DNA from: Tubulanus polymorphus
Lineage: Eukaryota > Animalia > Nemertea
Length of the DNA: 64,000 nt
Assembly: GCF_964204645.1 (NCBI RefSeq)
Contig: NC_134027.1
Coordinates: forward strand, 21,910,560-21,974,559
Direction: 5' to 3'
This document shows positions 13,868 through 27,621 of the stretch, one piece after another. Every line of letters starts with the position of its first letter. Position 1 is the stretch's first letter. The position numbers were made by a program, and so were the translations under genes. The notes under the pieces are model-generated. The model ran no database searches and was not told where the DNA came from. It saw only the letters and a program-made list of their open reading frames with translations.

Positions 13868-15687
13868 CTCTAGAGTGAATCAACAAAATACAGAAATGGA
13901 CAAAATGATCCTTAACCTTGCTTTCCCATCTTGTCGGTTAAGACTGGTTGGAAGATTGTTTGACTGAACCGGAACCGAAAATTCCAATTATGTACTTCGA
14001 TTTAAACAAACAATTCTGTAAACTCGACCACCGATCACACAACTAAACCTGCATTTCGATTTGCGATTTAAAAGTCAAACCCCCTGTTTCACTCCCGATA
14101 GGTTTGGTGGATTTGTAAGGGACACTAAATATACCAATTAGATAGATAACAGGAACAATCGCTATTTCAAGACAAAAAAGAATGAATGTTATCGTATTGC
14201 CTATATCATAGATAACATTCATCTATTGTTTAATAAGATATACATTAGCGTAACAATCTGTTTTTCTTGTATTGGTCAAGTGAGATACAGTTTAATTATC
14301 AGTGGCCAGGGGGTAGCCTGGATTGTAAATTTTATTAACATTGAGCGCGAAAATACACGAATCTTAGATATCATTTCATTATCACATTTAAACATATCAA
14401 AAACAGTTAGTAATTGATCTAGATTCGTAAAATCGTCCAGCAAATCTATGATTAAAAATGATAGTTAGACCAAAAAAGTGTAGGCCTAGACGCCCTGAAT
14501 GGTAGCTTTGGGAACGTCCCCCTCCCCGTTAAAAACGGAAAATACTCAGTTTCCATCATGATAATTGAATCGAATGTCAAATATATTCGAATCGATGTTT
14601 TTGAATCCATGTTCAAAACCTATATGTTCATCAAAGCTTTAAATTAAACTCATTTTAGTTTTCCATGTTTCTATGTTCTATTATTATTTATGATGTAAAG
14701 TCAATGAGCATATTTCATATGGATTTTATGCTGAATAGATTATCAATAACTATCATCATCCTTACTTCTATTCGAAATAACTGCGTATTCCCTATTCTTT
14801 TTCGAGTAATTCTTTTTACCTTAATCGAAAACGCGCGAAAATGCTTCTGTGACTGTGTACTGCTTCTCGGCTATTGGTCGTTTGAATAAAACTGTGAACT
14901 TGAATAAGAACAGACACTGCCTTATATAACGATTAATGATAGATATTTTTTCAAAGCTGAATAACTATACGGACCTCTACCAGTTTTCTTCGAAGAAAGA
15001 CATAAAATTATGATTATTTCAGACTTTATATGCAGCTATTGAAAAAAATACTTTGAAATTGATTTTCACCCGGTCACGTCTCACTAAAAACAGGTTTCTA
15101 GGTTCATATATGTCATTTCTCAAAAGAGATTACATTTAACGATGTATTATATACAATTAGTCCATATCTAGAATGTTACTACATGACCAAGAAATGACGA
15201 TCTATATGTAGGTTATCCGTCAAATAGAAAAACCTTCCCATTAGGCCTTTCAAAATCACATTGAGCACAGACTTTTGCAAGGGAAAATGAAAGGGCGAAG
15301 GGAAAATGAGAAACAAAATGATCCTTTTTGATATCGCAATTAGAAATGAAGGGGAATTATCTAAAAGTATTTCAAAATTTCTTTTCTGTTATTCCAGCAT
15401 TTTCCACATGAAATGTTTGAAGGACTGTGGGAGAGGAAATTTTACCTTACAAAATAGTTTGATCGAAAAATTACGACGGAAACGTATTTCAGAAAATATT
15501 TTTTTTCTTTAAAATTCATATTGAAACACATCCGACTGGAAAAAATGTTTGAGAAGGACGTCTTTAATTACGCATATCTCGTTCGTCGAGTTTGAGCTCA
15601 CAAAAAGCTTGATATTAACCCGTCGTCCACTTTTTCACGATCAGATTTAAGCCTATTCGACGACCAGCCAACGAAATGAGGACTACC

Positions 15688-15788
15688 TATTTCATTTGAC
15701 GCACGAGCTTTCGCTACTTTTGTAGAGTAGCTTCAGTACTGCGAACTACTATGCATTAGTAGCGAAAGCTCGTGCGTCAAATAAAATA
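15688..15788. repeat. Palindromic Penelope-terminus-like repeat, related to 56232-56350
   Basis: TTTGACGCACGAGCTTTCGCTAC ... GTAGCGAAAGCTCGTGCGTCAAA; the central CTGATGA core is lost. Confidence 0.65.
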
Positions 15789-16911
15789 GTTAAATAGTTA
15801 ACCTATAAAGTACTACTCGTTTCGTTGGAAAATAATTGTAAGAAGGCCAATAGGCTTAAATCTGATCAAATAAAACAGTTAACCTATGAAATACTACTCG
15901 GCTCGTTGTATTTATTTTACACCTAGTTAAAACGGCTCCTCTGCGATTTTTTTTCAATTTTTTCCCAGTATGCCCACAACACAACCAATACGAGACTGGG
16001 AATAATTATTATATTGTCATTTCTCTGATGATGGGGTTTGATAAACTCCGATACTGTCAGACAGTAAACTCTTTGATATAAACTGTAGGCTTTTTACTTG
16101 TTAACGCACAATACTGAGATTAATATCAGTCTTCTATTATGGGGCTTTGATGACATACATTATTAGGCTTTCATGAATTATATTAATGGGCTATCAGGAA
16201 ATATATTTTTAAGCTTCAGTTATCAACAACAAGTAATGTCAGGACGCTGGATTTCGTGGCCAGTGTCGCTATTATCAGACAAACAACGTTGATGCTTGTG
16301 TCATTCATAAACAAGAAATAGAAGTTATGTAATAAACATATCTGGGTGTGACGCATGAATCCACGTAGGGAAACCTAAAAATGGCGCGGCCATGACCTAC
16401 GGTTAGCGCAAAAGGTATTTTTAGAATGTTGTGATGTGTGTGTAGAAACGTTAACACTCCATACATGGGTCGGTTGAATATTGTTACGTATGAATATGTC
16501 AAGATCCGTAAATACCAAACCCTGCATGGTAAAGGGCCTGCACACCGTTCTAAACAGTAAACGATATAAAAAGGGAGAGCTAGTCTTTGAAAAAAAGATG
16601 GAAAGGCGGGAAAAGATAGAATGTATATATCTGGTTATGAGAAAATAAAGATGGATAGATAGACTTAAGAAATCGCTGGAGTTATATACAAAGAGCCTTA
16701 CAAGCAAATCATGAACTCAGGACACTGGTACATAATACGCTACCACAACACTTTTAGTCGCATTATTGATATAAATATAATGATGATTTATTTCTAGCCG
16801 ATTTGATAGGGTACTTGATATGTTACACGTCACTTTCTATCCACATATAAATAGGCTAAATCACAGCATTTTATAGCATATTTTCAAAAAACACGTAAAA
16901 CAATCGATGCA

Positions 16912-19900
16912 TCAAGATGAATGATTTTCGAAATGATGTAGAATGCTCATCCAGCCAAGCTGAAAATGGAATTCAATAGGCATTTAACGCGGTGATGTTT
17001 GTATATTGAAAGCCAATCACATTTTTAGATGAAGTGTATTCATATCCACACTCACTGATTCCACAAAAATGTGTGTTTGAATTACCTTCATGCAGAATTT
17101 CATGTCATCTGTATGGAGATCCGAAGCACCCGTATCTATGTAGCTCGTGTAGAGACACGCCGATCTGTCCTTGTCATCGGGCTGAAACGAAACGTCATTC
17201 AACGTAAGTTGCTTTTGGGAGCTCGACGCATCCAGCTAACCACCCTCGCTTGCCAGGGTTTCATTGCTTCACGCCGAAGTTCACGCCAACACAAACCCTA
17301 CATTGGTCACCAGTCAATATATGTAGCAAATCAGGTACGTAGCGAATCCGCCAGTGAAAACCAACGTCTCTGATTGGCTTAATACATAGAATAGTGGCCG
17401 TTGAGTGGCAACCTGTCGACCAAGAAATCTTGGTCGACGTGTGATAATAGGCGGGAGGAAATCAAACCCCGGCAAGCGAGGATGCCCGTCGATCGAAGGA
17501 GTTACGGTTACTGACTTTTCTCGAGAGTGAGCCGATACGGGTTTGCATGGCATCCACGACGGCCGAAATATATTCGAAAAGAGACGTCGGGTTTGAAGCA
17601 TCCACTTCCGATCCCAATATCAACTTGTCCACACTGAAACCACGATCCCTGATGAACGACATTACCTCCGCATGCGAGACCTAAAAATTTAATTTCATCA
17701 AGATTAACCGACATTGGTTCTTCTGAACTATGGCCCGAGCAATTCATAATCGTTAAAGAACTCATTGACAATTTGTGAGCACGAGCTAAACATCAGCAGG
17801 AACTAGGCCTATCTACGTATTGGTCCGATGTATACCTGGTTGTTAGAATTCCGATCCAAAGCTTTCAACATTTTATCACATTGACTTCGGTCCTCGTTAA
17901 ACAGTAAGCGAAAGTCTTCATCTGACAGCAGGTCCTTCTTAAAAAGTCAATCAGCCATCATATTATCGTCACTAATAGGCCTGTATACATATAAACTTCA
18001 GTGTATTGTGCGTGATCAAAAATACATAGTATATTTGGTGTGATGTATAGTAACTCGTCGAAAACGATCAAGTTTATTCAATGTCAGGTCGGCTTCCGAC
18101 CGAAATAACTGCTCAGTACAAACTACCAACTAAAGGTATGTCTGTCTGTCTCCTTCTATCTCGACTATGCCTTATACATATTCCCATATAGTAACAAAAA
18201 CTGCGCATCAAAAACAAAGCTGACAGACAGTGAGCCGACAAGTTGAGCAACAACATGCCACAAACAAAGACAGTGAGCACATACAACTAATTACCTCCCA
18301 AACACGACTGTCTATACAAAACATCAAGTTGCTATAAATGCAACGAACATCTTACATTTTGAAAGACGGTTTTCAGTTCGTCCGCATCGATCAATCCGTC
18401 ATTATTTTTATCAAACGTATTTAGATTCTTGATAACCCGTCTAATCGCCCCGGCTAATTTGACTTTCTTCGCATACTCGGTTTCCTGAGACTTTGTCTGC
18501 AAACTACGTTTTCTGGAAAAAGTAAATTACTACCACAAAATGACAGCTTTAGATGGGTGCTTGTCATGTGCTTAACCAAAACTAGATTAGAAAAATAAGC
18601 GTAGTCTAGTCAGTAAACGTAATCTATTTTGCCCCATTCGTTCAGTTAATTCGGGATTTAGTAATGAACTGCATCTGACTTATTTAAAACTAGAGAAATC
18701 AATTTGTTAAACGCTAACTATATCCTGAAACATTGTGCAATAGTTTGAATGAAAACAATGGATAATTCTAACATTTTGACTGAACAATTTGCCTTGTGTC
18801 TGTCTTACCGTGCATGTTTTGTATCAGGAAACTTTGGCCACTCATATTTCCATTTATCAAAGAAATCACCTTTGCCGGGGTCTTCCTGGTTCATGTCAAA
18901 CTAGTTAATCAATTAATAACTAAATGATTTATTCAAATGTTCAATCGGCGTATTCATTTAGTAACCAAACGTTTTCCACTTGCAGAATATTTACCACAAG
19001 TAGTCCAAATGTTTTTTTATTGACGGTGCCAAATGGTTCTATATTCTTGTCAAACATCGTGAAGTAATCTTTGTCGGGATCCATACTCAAATACCAGCCT
19101 AAATAAAGCGACAATTACACCGTTACCTAAGTCATTTAGTGTGAAGTTTTCATAATGTCATATTTCTTAGCCTCTCCTTAATTTCAATAGGCAGAAGTGT
19201 TATAGATTACGTACCGTCGAATGCGCTGATAGGAAAATTGTGCAGCAGACCACCGTCCATGTAATAAGATCCTCGGAAAAACGACGGTTTGATAAGAGCT
19301 GGAAAGGACAATGATTTTAGATAGGCTGTGAAGTTATTAAACATCGAACGCTCACTGACAAAGTTCCGCCCATGTCGACCTTAAGGTTATTTGAGCATCG
19401 ATTTAAAAACTTTTAATCATTGGTAACACCACCGACTCATTAGTTAGTGCACATGCTTCCAAACTTAGTTGATTTTGAAGCAAAATTATTGGAAGTAGAA
19501 GCAAAATGTTCATCTTAAATACAAGTTGTGAAATTGCTTCTTTTTGCATCTCATTTTCGTTGCAAAATCTTCTGCCTGAGTACTCCAGGACCCGACATAT
19601 GCTTGGCTACCAATAAGTTCCACTTTCTAGAAAAAAAGTTCCACTTCCATGAACATAGTACCATCCCCATGATAATTGACACCCCCCCCCCTCCCATGGC
19701 TGGCTAAAGGCCTGACTACTAAGGCCAACTTCGGTTATCGGAGTTAGTCTAACCAACCGAAACCGAATGTCAGATAGTCGGAACTATGGTCCGGAAATGG
19801 TCGACCACGCGATTGAGCGCGGTTGCTGCAGTTCCGAACTACCTCCAAGATGGCCGACACTGTTAAATACGTTACGACTGAACTATAGTGCGTCCCGATC

Positions 19901-22900
19901 GGTTATTAGTTCCGACCACTAGTCGACTAGCTTCGAACACCGAAGTTCGCCAATGTAGCTGCTAACCGCGAAACGAAATATGAAGTGCGAGAAGTTTCCA
20001 TAAAGATCATCTATTGATTCGACGTTTCAACTATAACCTTAGTCATCTTTGATAATTTTTGCCTACTAAAGGGTTTCTCTTTCATGAAATATGAAATATC
20101 GTTCCGAGTTTTCCATCCTCCCCCAGCAGGGATTTGAACCTGATGGCATCGAGATTGCCACGGTACGAAACCCTGCCACACTAGCCTGCCACACTTCACA
20201 CGCAGCTTAGATGATGTCATTAACAGCCAATCAGATATCCCGTTTTATTTTTGCCCGGGTTTTCCCATTGATAGTTCTTCCGTGAAATTTACCTCGGCGA
20301 TTAAACAACAAGCAATCTGATTGGTGCCGCAAGTGTTCGTGCGGCAAAGCTGCGTATGTACCTGCGCGCCCGGTCTACTGTGGCAGGGGTTCGTGCCGTG
20401 GCTGAGTGTAGCGATGTCATCAGGTTCGAATCCCTGCCGTGGGAGGATGCGAGTTTCCATTCAACGGCTATTTCATTGCAGCGCACTGGTGTCGTTCCGA
20501 GTATCAGCGCTGTTCTCTATTCGTGAATTTCAGACTCAGTGGTGTTACCGTTTTATTTTGAAATGGTTTATTGTATCAATTCTTTTGTACTAACTTACGT
20601 GGAAGTGAACAAGATACGATTGCGGCGTATGCGATGGACACGTGCGGCGTCGTCTTTACGTGGAAATATTCCGGAGTTTGGTGAGTTAGATTCGTAACTA
20701 CTATGCACAATTCTACACCGAATTTTTTATACAACTGAAAGCATATAAAATACGAAGTTACTATTCTGCCCATCATTTAAACCGTTCCAATGCTAAGTGA
20801 TTCACCAGCCCTCTTTTTATGTTAGAATTGGTCTCACAATAAAACCGGACTATGAATATGTAAAAAAATTTCGGGTTAATTGATACATAGGCTATTAACA
20901 CGTAAAGGAAATATTACTCAAAGACAAAAGCACGCGTCCCATTTGTTCTGACATTTACCACCTAGAACTAACACCACAATATTCGAAAATCATGCGTCTT
21001 CCTAGCGTGACGAATTTTTCTAAACTGTAACTGTGCCTGATAGTTGCAGCCGAGAGAAATGAAATAAACACCACCAGAAGATAGAAATTGTCACCTTTCT
21101 GACAATACATAACTTTTGATTTGTGTGGCAAAAGGGGGACGGACGAAAATTAATCGCGCTAAAGTTTTAAGTGTAAAAGAAAATCTGTCCAACAATGCGG
21201 CTCCAAATGGCGCTGGTAATTCCCAATTAGATATTCTTATGATTTTTTTTCATGGGAAAAAAAATTCGAGAAAAGTTATCGCATTTTCTGTTTCGTGGTT
21301 TTCGTCTTTTTACCTGTTCGAATGTAGTTTTTCGATCTCCGGTCTTCTGTTCGACAATCGCCTCTAACACGTTGACACCTCGTTTCCCGTGGAGCCAGCC
21401 CCAGTTTTTTATGATGTTCACGAGCAACGCAATTCTAGGAGCATCTGAAAGGTAAACAAAGAAATAAGCAGATGACGAATTGAATCAAGGTTCCAGAATT
21501 GAATTCATATACTATACCAATGTCTATTTCAACTTGACTTTAGAGCACATCGGTTGGCCTAGCTCGATCATTTTGGTGATACAGGTCTTAAAAGGACCGG
21601 CAGTTGATCTAAAACAGCGATTATCAACTCATTTTTCACTATTTCGTGAATGAAATCATTAGCAACGACAACGAGAGAAATCCCACAATAAATTCAGCAA
21701 GAACGAGAAACTCGAATAGAAGAGTATATATATTTGCGCAACGTTTCGGCTAAAGACTATTAGCCATCATCAGGCGTACTGATAATTCATAATCGTTGTT
21801 TTAGACTAACTGCCAGTTGATTCCGATCCTATCAAGTCATATATCAGATATGTATACCGCCAAAACTGACCGAGCTAGACCACCCGATATGCTCTAAAGT
21901 AAAGTTGAAATAGACATTAGACAGATCCTATTTACGGAGGTTACTATGATTAGTTTTGAAAGTCGCTTTGAGACCGGCCGAGTTTCAAAAGCTAACGTAC
22001 CTTGCATGAAATCCGAATTGAACAAAAAATGTTCAATTATTTCTTCAGGGGTCATACCAATTGAACACATCATGGCCATCACCGACCCGACACTCGCTCC
22101 CGCAAAACGCTTTACATTTTTCAGGACTTCCATATCGCGCAGTGCCTGTAACGAATCACTCAACGTTGTATCTAGATAACTAGGTTATCACGGGTTAATA
22201 TTGGGTGGGATGTTTCGTGTTGATGTGACAATCATTTAGTCCTAGATATCATTTGGAAGGGTTTAAGCGTCGTTAAAAATGTTATAAGGAATAATTATAA
22301 GGAGGCATTCAATTTACGTGGTAAAAGAAAATCATCACAAAATGAAATACAAAACATCATCAGCCATTTTTAGAAGATGTCTCGCTCTGTGAGGAAATAA
22401 GTGAAACTATAGCCTACCATTGGCAATTCAGTGAGGAAGTTCATGAACTATTTTTGTTATTACTGTAATTCTGATATGTTTATGTCTCCCCATCAACCAA
22501 CCCGTCGAAGACGGATATCCTGCTAATTCGATATACGTCAAAAGAAACCACATGGAAAAGACTAACGTCGTTCGGATGGAGCCTCGCAAGCCCATAGCGC
22601 GAAGAAGGTGGGTGTGTTTTTGATTTGGTTAGAACCGAAAGCGAGTCTCTAGCTATCCCACAGGAAGATTTTGAAAATTTGATGCTCAGATATAATATGC
22701 CGCTTAGGATCGATTTCCATTGATATAACAAAGGTTTATTCAAGTGAAATACATGTAGTAGATATATCGTTTCTGCTTAATATTTCCTTTTGAATTGAAA
22801 ATGAGCGGAAATAAGTTTTCTCATGCCCGAATACCCAACGCCACTACGGGACTGCTTGGATAAGGATACCTAGCCGTGGTAAATGATATTGAACCTACAG

Positions 22901-23442
22901 TTGATGATATCTTACATTATGATTCTAACGGTTTCGAGATTAATCTAAATCACCGATTCAGAGAAACCATAATGAGAAAATGATAGTAAGGATACCTTGC
23001 ATTTTCTTAATTTTGAATTAGTTTCGATGTTAGGCACAGGCCAGCAGCAGTCTTCTAATGATTTTAAAATTTTTTGATGACCCTTTTAGATTAAGTAATG
23101 CGATAGGGAAACGCGACGAAACACGATTCTGTCTCCTTTTTCCGTGCATCCCCGTCATGTGTGTCGGCTTTAGAGATGCTTAAGAAATGTGAATCGCGAT
23201 AGTTATATATTTTGAGTTATAAGGCTACAGCATTATTTAGTATTATACTTCTCAATATGAAATATCGTTACCAGCAGTGCGCCGCAATACGCCATCCCTT
23301 TAGTGCCACCTCCTTCAAACACTAGATTCTCGATGTCGTATTTTCGACCGATGAATTTCTTGAAAATGGCATCGTCCCTGATGTAGTCGACTGCTTCTTG
23401 CACGCGTAACTTACGCGACTGTAAAGACGCGCCGCTTCCCAT
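16912..23442 (-). CDS. Patatin-like phospholipase with two EF-hands, copy 2 (12 exons, 476 aa)
   Basis: Exons 23442-23272, 22145-22001, 21444-21314, 20734-20599, 19298-19215, 19098-18995, 18900-18809, 18512-18356, 17937-17836, 17680-17516, 17181-17086, 16959-16912. Exon lengths are identical to copy 1. Motifs GGGTKG, GASVG, YYMDGGLL, canonical EF loop DKNNDGLIDADE, N-terminus MGSGAS. Confidence 0.9.
19722..19954. mobile_element. MITE (family of 470-695)
   Basis: Ends GGCCAACTTCGG / CCGAAGTTCGCC; interior homologous to 470-695 and 9219-9364. Confidence 0.6.
20114..20449. mobile_element. hAT-like MITE with long TIRs containing a tRNA-like B box
   Basis: Ends CATCCTC / GAGGATG with inverted arms of about 70 bp including GGTTCGAATCCC. 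Approximate 8-bp TSD CGAGTTT(T)C. Confidence 0.65.
21735..21778 (-). ncRNA. Minimal (Penelope-type) hammerhead ribozyme motif
   Basis: Minus strand reads TACGC-CTGATGA-T-GGCTAA-tagtct-TTAGCC-GAAA-CGTT-GCGCA: intact core, 6-bp stem II, palindromic AACGTT stem III, CGC/GCG stem I. Confidence 0.7.
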
Positions 23443-26400
23443 ATCTCTAAAGTGAATCAACAAAATACAGAAATGGACAAAATGATCTTCAACGTTGTTA
23501 ATGCAATTTTGTCGGTTGAGACTGGTTGGAAGATTGTTTGACTGAACCGGAGCCGAAATTTCCCAATTATGTACTTCGATTTTAACAATTCTGTAAATTC
23601 AAACGCCGATCACATAGCTATATCTGTACTTCGATTTCCAATTTCAAAATCAAGCCCCCTGTTTCGATCCCGGCAGGTGTGTTTGGTTTGCAAGGGACAC
23701 TAAATCAAAACAAATCAAACGAAATCTACCAATTAGATAAATAACAGGGACACTATTTTATCACCATTTTAAGGCAAAAAAGAATGAATGTTATCCTATT
23801 GCCTTTATTTTAGATGAAAGGTATATAACATTTATTGTTTTATGACAGGTACATTAGCGTAACAATTTTTTTTTTCTTGCATTGTGTCAGTCAGATACAG
23901 CTGAATTATTAGTGGTCAGGGGGTAGCCTGGATCGTAAATGTTATTATGAAATTAAGCACGAAAATTCATGAATCTTACGTATAATATTATACCTATCAT
24001 TTCTAATACCACATTTACAAATATAAAAAACAGATTAATCGATTTAGACTAGTAAGCTCGTCCAGCAAGTTTAAAGATTTGAAAATGATAGTTGGACAAA
24101 AAAGTGGAGGCCTTGGCCTATAAATGCTATCTAGCTTTACCATGCGTGGTAGCTTTGGGAATGTCCTCTTCGTTAAAAACCGCGGAAAAAAGTCAGTTTC
24201 CATCATTACTTTCTTACAATTCGAAATATCTACGTATTCCATATTTTTTGCGAGTATTTATCTCAATTTTGTTCTTGATTATAAACACGCGTAAAAACTT
24301 ACTTTAACTGTGTAGTGTTTCTCGGCAACTGTTCGTTTGATGGAAAAATGTGAAAATATGTATAAATATTTTTATGCTACAAACAGGCGCAGTGCCTGAT
24401 ATAGCGAATACTGATAGCCTTTTTTTTAAAAACTGGATTTAGTAATACGGATCTTGACCCCCTTTTCTTCGAATAAGAACGTAAAACTATGAATATTTCA
24501 CACTTGATATGCAGCTATGAACATAAATCCTTTGAAATTGAGTTCATCGGGTTACGCGCCGTTAAAAACTGGTTTCTCAGTACAGATATGTCATTTCTGA
24601 AAAGAAATTGCGGATTCAAGGTTGTAATATATATTACAAGTCATATATCTATAGAAGGCCTACTTTTCCTGGCGTAGCGCTATGGTTTACTGCAGTGGAA
24701 TATCTTTAAGAATACTTGCAGCTAAATTCTTTTGATTTTCGAATTAAAAAACAGAAATACGTACGATTTTCTAATAAGGAAATGAGATATATATTCGATA
24801 TATGAATGACAAAATGAGGATACGTTAGATTTATCAACTCATTAGTAGAGATAATCAAAAGAACTTTATTAATTCGAAAAGATGGCCCCAGGACGGCAGT
24901 GTTTCATGCTTCGAAATGTGTTTATTACGTAATGAAAAATGTTTAGATTTTTTAACTGTATCTCGTCGGCAAATGGGAAAAAATATTTTCTATTACAAGT
25001 TATATCTGTTGAAAAAATACCTGAATCTTTTTTCTTAATTCATAAATCAGAAACAAATTTTTTCACATGTCCCTAAGACGCTTCCATATGTTTATGGTGA
25101 TCCACTCGATCAGCAATGGTATTTACCATATTGATTTACTAAGGAAATGAGACATAGGGACCGAATATTTTCAACGTTTTAACGAATTTTTCGTATCATC
25201 GTATTCGTATTATACTGGTCTTTGCTAGCGAATTTAGGTAAAAATGTCCCGGGAAATATTGTTCCCGGAAAAAATATCCTAGGAAAAAATGTCCCATTAT
25301 GCAGAAAAAAAATGTTCTAGTCTATCATTACTAATTTAGTAAATTTCCTATCGAAATAACACCAGGGAACATATTTGGTAATCGTGTAAGTTGCACACTA
25401 ACCATAAGAAATAATTCATTGAGTGAACTCAAACATAATACTTCAAATTTAAGAAGATTTCTAAATTTATAATACAGATAATTAAATCAAAGTAGAGCCA
25501 TTTTTGTTATCAAATGTTGAAATTGTAATTAAAATGTATTACCAAGTTTGTTATGTGGTGTTATTATGATGTGAAATTAACTACGTTACCAAGTAAGTAA
25601 TTCGGTGCCTGATTCGGACCATACTAAAAAATTTTTTTGTACGGCTGAAGCACCGATAAAAATTTTTTCACATTGGCCCGTTATTTGGTTTTCTCGCGCG
25701 AGAACTCAAAACTTTTGGTTTTCTCGAGCGAGAAGACAAAACATTTTGGTTTTCTCGCGCGAGAATGTGGTGTACCGTGCCAGAAAACAGTAAAGTATCA
25801 AACATTTGCATTAACAGCGCATTAACAATGTTCTGGTGTGGAGAATGTTGTTAATATCCCGATGAATCTGAGGTACATGTACAAAATAGGAAAATCGATC
25901 TGTAGTATTTTCATTTCAGTAAAATAATACGCGCGTTACTCTCGCGTTTTTGATACCGCGAAGTTTCGCCAGTGAACAGCCTGGTCCGTTTCAATATTCT
26001 GCAATCATTGATTTCTTTTTATTACAATTACAATTAGTTTATTCCTCCGCAAATAATGTGCACAGAAAACAAAACAAGAAAGCTACTTGGGATTAGATTG
26101 AAACCTTAGAAAATAACACAAATTGTCGACAAAGATAATGAAATATAAATCATATAATATTTCAGTTCAATAAAGTAATTACGATTTGAACATATCGATA
26201 ATTGAATTGAATTGTCCGGCAACCAGTCTCACCCCGATATATTGATGACGTAAATGCAACATCTTATAAAAGTAATTGCTAAGATTTATCATAGATAATT
26301 GTTAAAATAAAGGCTACGAAATATATTACAAAATAATCACAGTTGTTATTGCTATTTTGAAACGCCAATATTGAAAACGCATAGTGCATGTCGACTTACA

Positions 26401-26939
26401 CAGAACATCTTTTTAGGTGTCAATGTATGTATACATTAATGTAACGATTTAATTCAAACAAACTAGTCTCCATATTCGTCATAAGAACAAAATGGAGAGC
26501 GAAAATAGTTACTACTGAAAAGTGTTAGGACAGTCTACCCGCCATTAGAATACGACTCAATAAGTGTAAGTAATGATTGGTTAGATTATCATGCGGTATT
26601 TCAGTAACCACACCTCTGTTCAATGACGAATCGATCAGGAATTAATGAATGCCTTCGCGAAGCACCCTATGACAGGCCCTGTTGATATTTGAACGTGTAT
26701 AGAAACCGTTGTCAACATCGCTGTCATGAGAACGAAAACATATTTTGCTTGGGTACATTTTCTGAAATGGAAACCGTATAATCAGCTTGCGTAAAACTTA
26801 CTTATTTCCTAGGCGTGTGTATTGATGAAAAAGTTTGGCGGAAGGAGCATATCAATCTATACTAAGAGGCTAACGGCGAAACTTTGTCACGAATTGTGCG
26901 CTTTGGATTAATAAGTTTTTGGTACCAAATGAAAGATTT

Positions 26940-27031
26940 ACGTACGTACGTACATACGTACGTACATACATACATACATACATACATACATACATACATA
27001 CATACGACGAAATAATAATAATAATAATAAT
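26940..27031. repeat. (TACG/TACA)n plus (AAT)n microsatellite
   Basis: Direct reading. Confidence 0.95.
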
Positions 27032-27621
27032 TGTAATTTATATTGCCAAAACTTAATTGATAAAACGAAGAGTAGCATTACTTCATTACAAAGTTTTAGA
27101 AAGGTTATAAAATGCGATATGCGGATAGCTCTAATGTTTCTCAAAACCAGCGATAGAAAGTCTCCTCGGAAACTCGCTGCGTACGAAGCAACAGAGGAAC
27201 AAAGATATAATCCATTTTTCGCTGGAATAGTTCAGAATGGGTTCGGAACTTCACCTAAAAAGACATTTGGAATTGAAAATCAAATAATCTCATTTAGTTG
27301 TTGCATGTAGTAACACTCTTTAGATGACTATTCCTATATCTGGATAGAACTGAAACCCTTGGCAGAATGTATTTATGGCAGTTGTCGCATCCGCATGGAT
27401 TCCAAAAATAGGTCGTTGTTTTTCACGTTGTTATTTGATCCTGATTGTAAACGCGCTGTCGCTGTTCCATCATGAGCAGTGAGTGTTGAGATAATTGCTT
27501 AAACGGGTTCCAAATACCATATATGCCGACATACAGGATAATTTTTGAAAACCGTATTTTGTGCGTACATAGCTAATTCCTTCTGAAATTACTGGAACTT
27601 CGTAGCAAACTCAGCGAAAAG

